A stretch of 35,031 bases of DNA from a virus (IMGVR_UViG_638341082_000010), one strand, 5' to 3'. Shown: positions 8,551-17,505, counted from the stretch's first letter. The notes: generated from the letters alone by a model not told the origin. Translations and numbers: made by a program.

Positions 8551-9510
8551 ATGAAAATTTGTATCGACGACGGCTCCACCAACATCAAGCTGGCATGGAC
8601 TGAGAACGGCGAACGCCGCAACGCCATCAGCCCGAACAGCTTCAAGTCGGAATGGTCTGCGCCGTTCGGTGGCACGCAGCCCGCGAACTACATGCTTGAT
8701 GGCGTGCGCTATGGTTTTGATCCGGTCAGCGATCGCTTTGTCCAGACGACCGACACGCAATACCAGTACAGCGATGTGAATGTAATCGCCATTCACCACG
8801 CGCTGGTCAAATCAGGCATCACACCACAGGAAGTGGATGTGGTTGTTACCCTGCCACTGAGCGAGTATTTCGACACAAACGCACAGCCGGACATGGCCAA
8901 CATCAACCGCAAAAAAGCGAACGTTATGCGCCCGGTGGAGTACCAGAACGGCGAAGCATTCACTATCCGTAACGTGCGGGTTATGCCTGAATCCATTCCG
9001 GCTGGCTTTAAAGCACTGGCTGACATGAGTCCGTTTGAATCCCTGCTGATTGTGGATTTAGGCGGAACCACGCTGGATGTGGCAAAGGTTCAGGGGCAAC
9101 TGGCAGGTATCAGCCAGGTGTTTTGCGATCCACACGTAGGCGTCTCCCTGATGGCCGGTGCCGTGCTGTCGGTGATGGCCGCTAACGGTATGCGTACCAG
9201 TCACCACATCGCCAATACCATTATCGAACATCGCCATGATGAAGCCTGGTTGCGCCAACACATCCACAATGACGCGCATTACGCCAGCCTGATGGCGGTT
9301 ATTCGTGAAAAGGAAGAAACACTGAAACAACGCGTGATCCGCGCGCTGGCGGGTTTTTCGGGTTACGGGCGGGTGATGGTTGTCGGTGGCGGGGCGGAGA
9401 TTGTGGCACCCGCTATCCGCGAAGCCTGCGGAGTTAATGCGACTTTCATCGCGGACGGGGTGCCACAGTTTGCTCTGGTTAATGGGCTGTACGCAATGGA
9501 CAAGGAGTAA
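8551..9510 (+). CDS. parM: Actin-like plasmid segregation ATPase ParM/StbA
   Basis: 319 aa; N-terminus MKICIDDGSTNIKLAW and internal VMPESIPAG, DLGGTTLD, VMVVGGGAE, LVNGLY match the R1 ParM/StbA pattern. Confidence 0.85.
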   Translation: MKICIDDGSTNIKLAWTENGERRNAISPNSFKSEWSAPFGGTQPANYMLDGVRYGFDPVSDRFVQTTDTQYQYSDVNVIAIHHALVKSGITPQEVDVVVTLPLSEYFDTNAQPDMANINRKKANVMRPVEYQNGEAFTIRNVRVMPESIPAGFKALADMSPFESLLIVDLGGTTLDVAKVQGQLAGISQVFCDPHVGVSLMAGAVLSVMAANGMRTSHHIANTIIEHRHDEAWLRQHIHNDAHYASLMAVIREKEETLKQRVIRALAGFSGYGRVMVVGGGAEIVAPAIREACGVNATFIADGVPQFALVNGLYAMDKE

Positions 9511-9514
9511 ACCA

Positions 9515-9829
9515 ATGACGACACCAACCAGACGGATAAGTTTCTATCTGAAGCCAGTCGCCGTCAATAGTGAACGGGAGGCGTGTAATTACCTCGACAG
9601 CCTGCCAGCCTCTGAACGCAGCCGCGCGCAACGCGCGGCCTTTCTGGCCGGGCTGGCACTCATAAAACGCGATCCTGCATTTGCCTATTGGTTGGCCGAA
9701 TGGCCGGAAGAAGGAGCTGCGCCAGCCAAGAATAATATTCAGAGTAAATATGCCAGCACACCTGCCACCGGAAGCAATCACAGCACTAGCGAGATAAGAA
9801 AGAACATTCAGTCATTTTTCCCAGAGTGA
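9515..9829 (+). CDS. parR: ParR/StbB-like centromere-binding adaptor
   Basis: 104 aa from ATG after an AAGGAG RBS; N-terminus RRISFYLKP...LDSLPASERSRAQRAAFLAGLAL resembles R1 ParR. Confidence 0.75.
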   Translation: MTTPTRRISFYLKPVAVNSEREACNYLDSLPASERSRAQRAAFLAGLALIKRDPAFAYWLAEWPEEGAAPAKNNIQSKYASTPATGSNHSTSEIRKNIQSFFPE

Positions 9830-9848
9830 AAACAGGAGAGGAGCATCT

Positions 9849-10310
9849 ATGGCAACTATCCCCAAAAAATGGTTACAACGCAAAATTGCAGACCTTGAAT
9901 CGTGTCGTGAAGACATCCCGTTTGGCCTTGATGAAAACGATCACAATATGTTAATCGCACTGAAAATCGCACTCACATCGCTGGAAGCAGAGGCAGTTAT
10001 GTTCTGTATATCAGGACAAAATGTAGATTCAGAAGAACATGTATCAACCAGCAAAGCGGTTGTTGATGCCTGGGTTGAAGAATGGAATCAGGTTGACGGA
10101 AGTCCTGGCGAACCACTGTACAAAACTATGCCACTCTACTATCACGCTGCCTTGCCAGCGCCGGTAGTGCCGGAAGAAGCAACTCCGGAAAACGTAGAAA
10201 TGCTCTCTGGCTATGTTTCCACGTACAAATTAACCGATAGCGAGCGCGATATTGCTGCCGAAATATGGAACGCCTGCCGCGCCGCTATGCTTCATGGGAA
10301 AGGAGAGTGA
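9849..10310 (+). CDS. Hypothetical protein, lower-GC cargo
   Basis: 153-aa ORF with AGGAGAGGAG RBS; no recognisable motif. Confidence 0.55.
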   Translation: MATIPKKWLQRKIADLESCREDIPFGLDENDHNMLIALKIALTSLEAEAVMFCISGQNVDSEEHVSTSKAVVDAWVEEWNQVDGSPGEPLYKTMPLYYHAALPAPVVPEEATPENVEMLSGYVSTYKLTDSERDIAAEIWNACRAAMLHGKGE

Positions 10311-10311
10311 T

Positions 10312-10575
10312 ATGGCAACTTTAACAAAAAAAGAACGGGCATGGTTGAACGAATTACAGGACGTTCTTGATCGCTGCCCATCACCGAAAAAAATTGGTTT
10401 TTACACCATTGGCGATAAAAGCATTTACCTGTATGACCTGCGCCGCATGGATGAAATCATGGAGGCTCTTGATAATCGTTCGTCAATGGATTGGTGTGTT
10501 GCTGTCCATGATATGAATGCAGGGTTTGATGAAAAGATTTTGTTCCCCTCATCAGTTGAAAGCACAGCAGGATAA
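10312..10575 (+). CDS. Hypothetical protein, lower-GC cargo, coupled to the previous gene
   Basis: 87 aa from ATG at 10312 with AGGAGAG RBS, 1 bp after the upstream stop. Confidence 0.5.
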   Translation: MATLTKKERAWLNELQDVLDRCPSPKKIGFYTIGDKSIYLYDLRRMDEIMEALDNRSSMDWCVAVHDMNAGFDEKILFPSSVESTAG

Positions 10576-10610
10576 GGACCCAGCAAATATACACAACCTA
10601 TAAAACACTA

Positions 10611-10633
10611 AAGCGCCTCAGGGGCGCTTTTTG
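10611..10633 (+). terminator. Intrinsic terminator (AGCGCC-TCAG-GGCGCT then T5)
   Basis: GC hairpin plus T-run about 35 bp after the stop at 10575. Confidence 0.6.
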
Positions 10634-10635
10634 TT

Positions 10636-10662
10636 TGCACAAAAGTGCACAAATTTGCACAA
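10636..10662. repeat. Three direct TGCACAA repeats at exact 10-bp spacing
   Basis: Read from sequence: TGCACAAAAG TGCACAAATT TGCACAATTT. Confidence 0.5.
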
Positions 10663-10758
10663 TTTTTTTGAACGACTTTTTACCCTTCCGGCCCGCATGG
10701 CGGCTGGATCCGTCAAGGATCCGTGCGTGCACAAAAAAACGCGTTTTTTCTGCGCGCA

Positions 10759-10780
10759 GGTGACGGGGGAACAGCCCGCG
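10759..10780. other. Candidate cos-like GC-rich segment (GGTGACGGGGGAACAGCC)
   Basis: Partial resemblance to the recalled P2/186 19-nt cohesive-end sequences; position between the replication-side genes and Q matches the prophage map. Confidence 0.25.
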
Positions 10781-11035
10781 TTTCAGGGGGGTAAATAGCA
10801 TTCCCTGAATGATGTCGCAGAGACACAACAGAATGGCTGTATTTCTCATGCTGAGCGTGAAAAAGACGTGAGGGCTTTTGATTTGATGGGATGACAGATA
10901 GGGCTGTCAAAATCGCACTGAGGCAGTGAGAACATGCTGTCAGCGCGATGGGATTGCGTAAGAGTCCGGCAGTCGATGATGGCAATAAGTTGGAAGATGT
11001 CGTGAAATTATCTGATTGATACAGGAGCTGGAGAG

Positions 11036-11060
11036 TCGGGGCATAAATTTTTTATGCCCC
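11036..11060. promoter_or_regulatory. Perfect palindrome GGGGCATAAA-TTT-TTTATGCCCC about 100 bp upstream of the cargo gene
   Basis: 10-bp arms read from sequence; no flanking U-tract, so operator-like rather than terminator. Confidence 0.4.
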
Positions 11061-11162
11061 GGCGAAGCAGCAGACAAGCGAAGCGCGTCAGCGATACGGC
11101 ACCTTGCCGACCATACTTCATAAGTGCAAAATACGAGCAAAGAAATCAATGGAGGCTGTCTT

Positions 11163-11687
11163 ATGGTCATTAATTACAAGCAGTTAAGAGAAAAACGGGA
11201 GCAGGTAAAGGAGAGCTTTCGCCGCAATGAAGATCTGACCCCGCTTGTACGCCTTGCCCAGGGCATTGTTGATGCTTATGAAATCTCGCTGGAGCTGCCA
11301 TCACAGACCTGGACAGATAGCGACGGTAATCGCCAGCATTACGTTTCATGCGGACTGGAAGCAGCCGAAGGATTTCGCAGAATGCCTTTATCTCAGATCC
11401 CTGCCGCTACCCCCAAAGCACGGGGCTGCAATGATGAGCGAAAACTGACTTTTAGTATTGAAACGGTGGTTGACGACACACCTGGCGAAGTCGCGTTCGT
11501 GCACACTCCTGTTTCGATCGCAATGTATAACGATGAAATACAGGTTCGCGTTAATAATAATATCGTGCCACTTAAAGAAGGTAATTCACCATACACCACC
11601 GTTTGTGAAGCCATTCAATATTACGTTCTCTCTGAAATTGATAATCTCAAGCCTGACGGCACCCAGAAAATGGTTCAACTCTGGTAA
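11163..11687 (+). CDS. Hypothetical cargo protein between the cos region and the portal gene
   Basis: 174 aa from ATG with GGAGG RBS; lower GC than backbone; convergent with Q. Confidence 0.5.
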   Translation: MVINYKQLREKREQVKESFRRNEDLTPLVRLAQGIVDAYEISLELPSQTWTDSDGNRQHYVSCGLEAAEGFRRMPLSQIPAATPKARGCNDERKLTFSIETVVDDTPGEVAFVHTPVSIAMYNDEIQVRVNNNIVPLKEGNSPYTTVCEAIQYYVLSEIDNLKPDGTQKMVQLW

Positions 11688-11693
11688 AAAGGA

Positions 11694-11719
11694 CAGCCCC
11701 AATCACGGGGCTGTTTTTT
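11694..11719 (+). terminator. Intrinsic terminator hairpin (CAGCCCC-AATCA-CGGGGCTG then T6) overlapping the 3' end of Q
   Basis: GC stem plus T6 directly after the 11687 stop. Confidence 0.6.
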
Positions 11720-12749
11720 CATCAAGAAGAGCATAAGAATTAAAACGGATCACCTCTTCGCCAAGCCAGTCATTGATGTGCTTCATGGCCTCCATAACGG
11801 GCATCAGCTCGTTAATTGCATAAACCCGCGCGGCCTTCTCCACATCACCAAACGCACTTTTTTCGCCCGGCATCGCCCCCATCAGTTGCGGTGGAACACG
11901 GTGCGCAGCCAGCACATCATCACGGGATGCCGCCTTAACATTCATGAACTCATCTTTTGCGGTGATCTGCTGGAACGGCAAAATTTGCACCCCCTCTTTG
12001 CCCCCGTTGGGCGCATGGATGAGCACGTTTTTAAACGCACCACCACCACGCGCACCCTGTAACGTTTCTTTCAGGGAGTCCATGCTTTCGCGGTTTACCT
12101 GCGCTGCACCGATATAGATGATGCACCCGGCGTGGGATCCATTGTCGTAATACAGTTTTCTGAACATGTCCGCCGAATGAGACAGGCTGGCCGAGAGTAA
12201 TGCGCCAAGATATTCCGGCATGCCGTAAATTTCCTGGTTAATGTCCGGATTCATCAGGTGGCACACTTTGCCAGGGCGAAACTGAAACGCATCCTTGCCA
12301 TCCTGCACATACCACCATGATTCAAGATCGCTTCCGCGTCGCATGTATTTCGCCAGGGCGTGCCGTAATTTAAGCGGTTCGCCGAGCATATTGCTTCGAA
12401 GCTCAAGAAATGCGTTACCGAACACAAACCAGTCCAGCGCCAGCGCCGAGAAATCCTGCCGGGAAAGCAGCGGGTGCGGAATATAGCAACCGAGCAATAC
12501 ATTGCGCTTAAAGTAAAGCGCAGACTGATGCCAGGACGTTTGCCGGGCAGCTCTTGCCAGACCGTACCAGTCCACCGGGGTTTCATACCACCGCCCGTTA
12601 TCAGCACAGTACATATTGTCCAGCAAATCATGCCCGGTCAGGCGATAAGGACCATCAAATGTGAATGCACTGAGCGACGATTCTTTCCTGAGCGCATCAG
12701 CGAGATCAATGCGTGAACTCATGCGCACTTTTTTATTTTTTCTGCTCAT
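11703..12749 (-). CDS. Q: Portal protein (P2 gpQ family)
   Basis: 348 aa; divergent from O and directly downstream of P with ATGA overlap, as in P2. Confidence 0.9.
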   Translation of the reverse strand: MSRKNKKVRMSSRIDLADALRKESSLSAFTFDGPYRLTGHDLLDNMYCADNGRWYETPVDWYGLARAARQTSWHQSALYFKRNVLLGCYIPHPLLSRQDFSALALDWFVFGNAFLELRSNMLGEPLKLRHALAKYMRRGSDLESWWYVQDGKDAFQFRPGKVCHLMNPDINQEIYGMPEYLGALLSASLSHSADMFRKLYYDNGSHAGCIIYIGAAQVNRESMDSLKETLQGARGGGAFKNVLIHAPNGGKEGVQILPFQQITAKDEFMNVKAASRDDVLAAHRVPPQLMGAMPGEKSAFGDVEKAARVYAINELMPVMEAMKHINDWLGEEVIRFNSYALLDEKTAP

Positions 12750-14500
12750 CAGAACTCCATAACCGTAAAACGCTCGTTTTCCCCTTCGCCGCCAATTGGT
12801 TCGTTAATGACAGCAAGCATGGTTGCCCACGCAAGGTCGCCGTGGCTGATCCCCCTCGCACGGTCCGTTTCGTAAGTGATAAAACCGCCCGGTGTTTTCA
12901 CCTTACGCACGGCGTTAAAGGCCGCGACCAGCTCGCGTTCGGCGCGATCGTATTCCCACCGCCCGGCACGCATTATTTGCAGCATTTTCAGTACCAGCGA
13001 CCGTTTTGATGACAGCGTGAAGGTGTACGGAATAGCAGCAGGGAAAAACCGTTTCACTATCTGATAAACAGCCTCCCCGTTCCCGCCCGTCACATCAATG
13101 CCGATGTGTTCCACGTTGTAGCGACACGTGAACTCTTCAATGACTCTGGCCTGTTCTTCAAACTCCAGCCCCTGAACGCGTCGCGTCTCCACCGTTCGAA
13201 AACGGCCACCAGGAACAGCCGGAGGAACCACCACGGACACAGCGCCGCTGTCGCCGTTGCCACTGCTGCCGTTTGCGTCATACCCAATCCATACCGGACG
13301 ATTCCCCATCGGGCGGGGAGCAAAAGGTTTCCAGTCTTTCCAGTCGTCGTATCCGTCAACACCGCAGCCAATCAGGATATTCAGGTTAAATGCCGATTCC
13401 CCTTCGCGGACAAACTCACACATATAGAGATTGCGGAACTCGTCTTCGGTGTTTTCATCACGAATTTCGTCAATATCGGTGTGTTTCCAGCCGTGATTAA
13501 CCACATCTTCCAGCGTGACAATTTGCCGCCACGTCCGGTCAGGGCAGATAAGCCCGTTATGCAGCGTTTTCCAGTCCACAGAAAAACGCTGGCGTTTATG
13601 CGTGGCCTTTTTCTCGTTCCAGTGGTCGCCGTTCCAGTAGGCGTATGCCTCGTGCGTTTCGGTGGATGGCGTGGAGAAGTAGGTGCGCCGCAGTCCGCTG
13701 AGGGTTGCCATAGCGCCAGCCACCTTGCGCAGTTCAGCAAAGCGACTGACCCAGAAAAATTCATCAAAATAAAAATTGCCCGTATAGGACTGTGCCGACG
13801 CAGCAGAAGTGCCGAGAAAATGCAGCTCTGCACCGTTGGAGAGGATGATTTTATCGCCCCCTTTCAGCTCCACATCAACTTCAGCCGCGGCCTTCTGAAT
13901 AATGCTTTTGAACTGGAACGCCTGACGACGCGACGCAGACAAAAAAATCTGGTTACGCTGGTAAGGTTGCGCCACATCGTCACGCAGCGCCATCAGCAGA
14001 GCTTCCTGTGCAAAATACCAGGTCGCCCCAATCTGTCGGGATTTCAGGATCATCCTGTTACGTATCTCGGCTTCCTTGCAAAGTGTCAGGGAGTCAAACC
14101 AGCCCCGCTGATGCCACTCCAGCCTGCTGATGATTTTTTCCCGCAGTGCGGCAATCTGTTCCGGCGTGAAATGATTTTTGAGTTTTTTCGCCCGGCCTTT
14201 CTTTCCTGCGGCCATCACATCCGGCTGGCCATCATGCAGCTTTTTAAGCTGCCGGGTCAGCAGGTCTATTTCCTTAAAGTCACCGCCTGTTTTATTCTGT
14301 TTTTCAGTAAGCTGGATGAGGCGCGCATCGATGGACTGCGTGACACGCTGCACGGGTGGCGTTTCATCCCACTGGTCGCGTTTTTTCCACGCATAAACCG
14401 TGTTCGGGTTTATTCCCATCAGACGTGATATTTCTGCGGGCGGATAACCCTGCCAGTAAAGTTGCCGCGCACGCTGGCGCACAAAAGCGTCCTGAATCAT
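12749..14500 (-). CDS. P: Terminase large (ATPase) subunit (P2 gpP family)
   Basis: 583 aa; N-terminal HTH region and conserved position upstream of Q. Confidence 0.9.
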   Translation of the reverse strand: MIQDAFVRQRARQLYWQGYPPAEISRLMGINPNTVYAWKKRDQWDETPPVQRVTQSIDARLIQLTEKQNKTGGDFKEIDLLTRQLKKLHDGQPDVMAAGKKGRAKKLKNHFTPEQIAALREKIISRLEWHQRGWFDSLTLCKEAEIRNRMILKSRQIGATWYFAQEALLMALRDDVAQPYQRNQIFLSASRRQAFQFKSIIQKAAAEVDVELKGGDKIILSNGAELHFLGTSAASAQSYTGNFYFDEFFWVSRFAELRKVAGAMATLSGLRRTYFSTPSTETHEAYAYWNGDHWNEKKATHKRQRFSVDWKTLHNGLICPDRTWRQIVTLEDVVNHGWKHTDIDEIRDENTEDEFRNLYMCEFVREGESAFNLNILIGCGVDGYDDWKDWKPFAPRPMGNRPVWIGYDANGSSGNGDSGAVSVVVPPAVPGGRFRTVETRRVQGLEFEEQARVIEEFTCRYNVEHIGIDVTGGNGEAVYQIVKRFFPAAIPYTFTLSSKRSLVLKMLQIMRAGRWEYDRAERELVAAFNAVRKVKTPGGFITYETDRARGISHGDLAWATMLAVINEPIGGEGENERFTVMEF

Positions 14501-14654
14501 TGCTCCCCCTGAGTAATTACAGGAAGATTACCCGCGCGCGAAACCGTTCTCCTTAACCCCCTGTTCTGGCCGTTTTCTTACAACAAAAGCCCTTTGTATC
14601 AGCCTGTTACGCTTTGCCATCATGACTGAAGAACCAGTCAGAGGGGCAAAAACT

Positions 14655-15491
14655 ATGGCTAATGAAAAAAAGACATCCCGCAAAAAGTTTCGCGTGGCTG
14701 TCTCCGGATCAACTGTTGATGGCCGCGAAATCAGCCCGGTACATCTGCGTGAAGCCGCCGAGAACTTCAACCCGGATGTTTACGCTGCCCGCGTGAACGT
14801 TGAGCACTATCTCTCGCCATGCCCGTCAAGCGAATTTTCCGCAATGGGCGATGTCACCGCGCTGAGTACGGAAGATATTACGGAAGGCCCGCTGGCCGGA
14901 CGTACTGCGCTGTATGCAGAAATCGAACCGACCGAGCGCATGAAGCAGCTTGTCGCTGACGGCAAGAAAATCTATTCCAGTATCGAACTGCACCCGCAGT
15001 TCTCCGTTAACGGGCGCGCCTATCTGGTCGGGCTGGCGATGACCGACACCCCGGCAAGCCTGGGCACTGAGCGCCTGAAATTCACGGCACAGCAACGTCA
15101 GGCGGTGATGACGTTCAACAGTATCCAGGGTGAAGCGCCGCTTATCTCCGAAGCCATCGAGTCTGAAATCATCGAAATGGCAGAACAACGCCAGGAAGAA
15201 GGCACCCAGTGGTTTAACCGCGTAATGGGGATTATTGGTCGTGGCCGCAAAGCGGATGACGCCAGTTTTTCCCGTATTCAGGAAGCGGTGGAAGGCGTCG
15301 CAACGTCACAGGCCGACATTATCGACCGTTTTAATGTGCTGGAAACCCGCCATCAGCAGGACCGCCAGAAAATCACGTTACTGACCACAGAGCTGACAGC
15401 ACTGAAGGAAAAACTGCGCACGCAGGACGGCGATCCGCAGAACCGGTTCACCGCAACGGGCGCAGCCTCCGACCAGCTGGCTGACTTCTGA
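14655..15491 (+). CDS. O: Capsid scaffolding protein (gpO)
   Basis: 278 aa from the internal ATG with GAGGGG RBS; N-terminus KKFRVAVSGSTVDGREISP resembles P2 gpO. Confidence 0.85.
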   Translation: MANEKKTSRKKFRVAVSGSTVDGREISPVHLREAAENFNPDVYAARVNVEHYLSPCPSSEFSAMGDVTALSTEDITEGPLAGRTALYAEIEPTERMKQLVADGKKIYSSIELHPQFSVNGRAYLVGLAMTDTPASLGTERLKFTAQQRQAVMTFNSIQGEAPLISEAIESEIIEMAEQRQEEGTQWFNRVMGIIGRGRKADDASFSRIQEAVEGVATSQADIIDRFNVLETRHQQDRQKITLLTTELTALKEKLRTQDGDPQNRFTATGAASDQLADF

Positions 15492-15514
15492 TAAGACAAA
15501 GGAGCAAATTTTTT

Positions 15515-16567
15515 ATGAATCTGGTGATGTCAGATATTACCCGCAACAAGCTGGGTTGCTATATGGCGCAGCAGGCGTCGCTTAACAATATCCCGGTTTC
15601 CGCACTGGTATCGCGATTTACCGTGGAACCCTCGGTACAGCAGCGTTTTGAAAACGCCTCAAAGGAAAGCACCGAATTTACAAAAAGAATTAACGTGATC
15701 GGCGTGACCGACCAGAAAGGCGAAAAAATCCTCCTGGATACCACCGGGCCGATTGCGCGCACGAATACCAGTTATGACGGCACAAAACGCCGTAACCCGA
15801 ATAATGTGGTTGATCTGAAAAACCGCAAATACCAGTGCGAACAGGTGAACTACGACACGTTTATTTCATATCCGCAGCTTGATGCCTGGGCGGCACACCC
15901 TGATTTTCAGTCCCGCATCAGCGCACAGATTGCCCGACAGGTGGCACTTGACCGCATCATGATCGGTTTCAACGGCACGTCTCACGCGGATGAGTCCAAC
16001 TTCAGCACCAACAAGCTGCTTCAGGACGTTAACGTGGGGTGGCTGGAGCACATCAGAACCGACGCCAGCGAACGCGTTATGAATGACGTGACGCTGACCT
16101 CCCGTAACATGGACAACACCGTGGCGCACGCGGGTAAGTATGCGAACGCTGATGCACTGGTACAGGACGCGCGCTCATCCCTGCTGGATGAATGGCACAA
16201 GGAAGCTGACGACCTCGTGGTGATTATGGGGCGCAACCTGTTTAACTCGCTGCGTCTGCCCGTGCTGAACAGCATCAGCGGCCAGAATCCTAATGCGGAA
16301 TTACTCGCCGGGCAGCTCATTCTGTCATCGCGCACCATTGGCGGGCTGGGCGTGTTCCTTGCGCCGTTCTTCCCGGATGCAACGATGCTGATCACCTCGT
16401 TCAACAACCTGTCGATTTACTGGCAGAAAGGTTCAATGCGTCGTCTGATGAAAGACGAACCGGAATACAACCGCATCGCCACCTACCAGTCCATCAATGA
16501 CGCTTATGTCGTTGAAGACTATGGCAAGTGCGCGATGGTCACTGGCCTGAAGTTCGCCGACAGCTAA
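15515..16567 (+). CDS. N: Major capsid protein (gpN)
   Basis: 350 aa; motifs FTVEPSV, IMIGFNG, DYVVEDY resemble P2 gpN. Confidence 0.9.
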   Translation: MNLVMSDITRNKLGCYMAQQASLNNIPVSALVSRFTVEPSVQQRFENASKESTEFTKRINVIGVTDQKGEKILLDTTGPIARTNTSYDGTKRRNPNNVVDLKNRKYQCEQVNYDTFISYPQLDAWAAHPDFQSRISAQIARQVALDRIMIGFNGTSHADESNFSTNKLLQDVNVGWLEHIRTDASERVMNDVTLTSRNMDNTVAHAGKYANADALVQDARSSLLDEWHKEADDLVVIMGRNLFNSLRLPVLNSISGQNPNAELLAGQLILSSRTIGGLGVFLAPFFPDATMLITSFNNLSIYWQKGSMRRLMKDEPEYNRIATYQSINDAYVVEDYGKCAMVTGLKFADS

Positions 16568-16576
16568 TCAACTCAC

Positions 16577-16595
16577 GGCGGGCATCATGCCCGCC
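16577..16595 (+). promoter_or_regulatory. Perfect hairpin GGCGGGCA-TCA-TGCCCGCC directly after the capsid gene
   Basis: 8-bp GC stem read from sequence; no U-tract. Confidence 0.35.
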
Positions 16596-16612
16596 TGTAA
16601 CGGAGAGAAAAA

Positions 16613-17413
16613 ATGATTACTCCTGCACAGCAACACTGGCAGAACGTGATGGCACAGCGCGCAGGCCGGGCGAATGAAGGCGTGGACCATGCCGCGCGTA
16701 CCGCGCATGAAGAGGTGCTGTATCGTCTGCGTCTGGCACAGGCCCGGCTTAAGGGCGTACAGGCCAGAAGCGCGAAAGCCGCCATCAAAAAAGAGTTGTT
16801 GCCGGATTTTTCCGGCTGGATTGAGGGAACGCTGGAGGCTGACGGCGGGCAGCAGGATGAAGTGATTGCCACGCTGATGGTGTGGGCGATTGACTGTGGC
16901 GATCTTCCGCTTGCGCTGCGTATCGGCGCGTATGTGGTCCATCACAACCTCATCATGCCGGATAACTTTGGCCGTACTGCTGCCACGGTACTGACCGAAG
17001 AAATCTGTAATCCGGTACTGACGCAGGCCGGGACGGATGCCGACGCGGATTTGTCCGCCTTTATCGAACCACTGGACACCCTCCGGGAGATTGTCACCGA
17101 CCAGGACATGCCGGACGAAGTGCGCGCCAAATTATGCAAGGCGTGCGCCTTTGCCCGCCGTGGCCTGAGTGATGCGGACAGCATGGCCCTGTCACTGAAG
17201 CTGCTGCGCGAAGCGATGCACCTGAACCCGAACGCAGGTGTGAAACGCGAGATTGCAACCCTTTCCCGCGCCCTGAAAAAAGCCGATTCCGCAGCCGCAC
17301 CAGAAGACGCCAGCACACCGCAGGCGCAGGACGAAAGCAGCAAAAGTAAAAAGACAACGCGGAAGCCTGCAACACGAAAAACCACCGCGACGCAGAAGGC
17401 GAAGCGCGGTTAA
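16613..17413 (+). CDS. M: Terminase small/endonuclease subunit (gpM)
   Basis: 266 aa; position after N; basic C-terminal tail. Confidence 0.85.
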   Translation: MITPAQQHWQNVMAQRAGRANEGVDHAARTAHEEVLYRLRLAQARLKGVQARSAKAAIKKELLPDFSGWIEGTLEADGGQQDEVIATLMVWAIDCGDLPLALRIGAYVVHHNLIMPDNFGRTAATVLTEEICNPVLTQAGTDADADLSAFIEPLDTLREIVTDQDMPDEVRAKLCKACAFARRGLSDADSMALSLKLLREAMHLNPNAGVKREIATLSRALKKADSAAAPEDASTPQAQDESSKSKKTTRKPATRKTTATQKAKRG

Positions 17414-17431
17414 CGACTGACCCCGTCAGCG

Positions 17432-17500
17432 GGCGGCGTGCGCGGTGTTCCGGTTTGACTCCGTGACCGTTTACACCGCGCACCCACCGCCCGATTTTTT
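17432..17500 (+). terminator. Long imperfect hairpin followed by GATTTTTT between M and L
   Basis: GGCGGCGTGCGCGGTGT pairs with ACACCGCGCACCCACCGCC, then a T6 run. Confidence 0.45.
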
Positions 17501-17505
17501 CAGGA

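Noticed and set aside
13106-14428. 440-aa plus-strand ORF
   Set aside because: Antisense to the terminase large subunit gene P, with low-complexity composition; no RBS context.
14501-14654. Search for canonical Ogr-type late promoter elements (TGT-N12-ACA) in the P/O divergent region
   Set aside because: Only off-spacing partial matches found by eye; not reported as features. A proper motif scan is needed.
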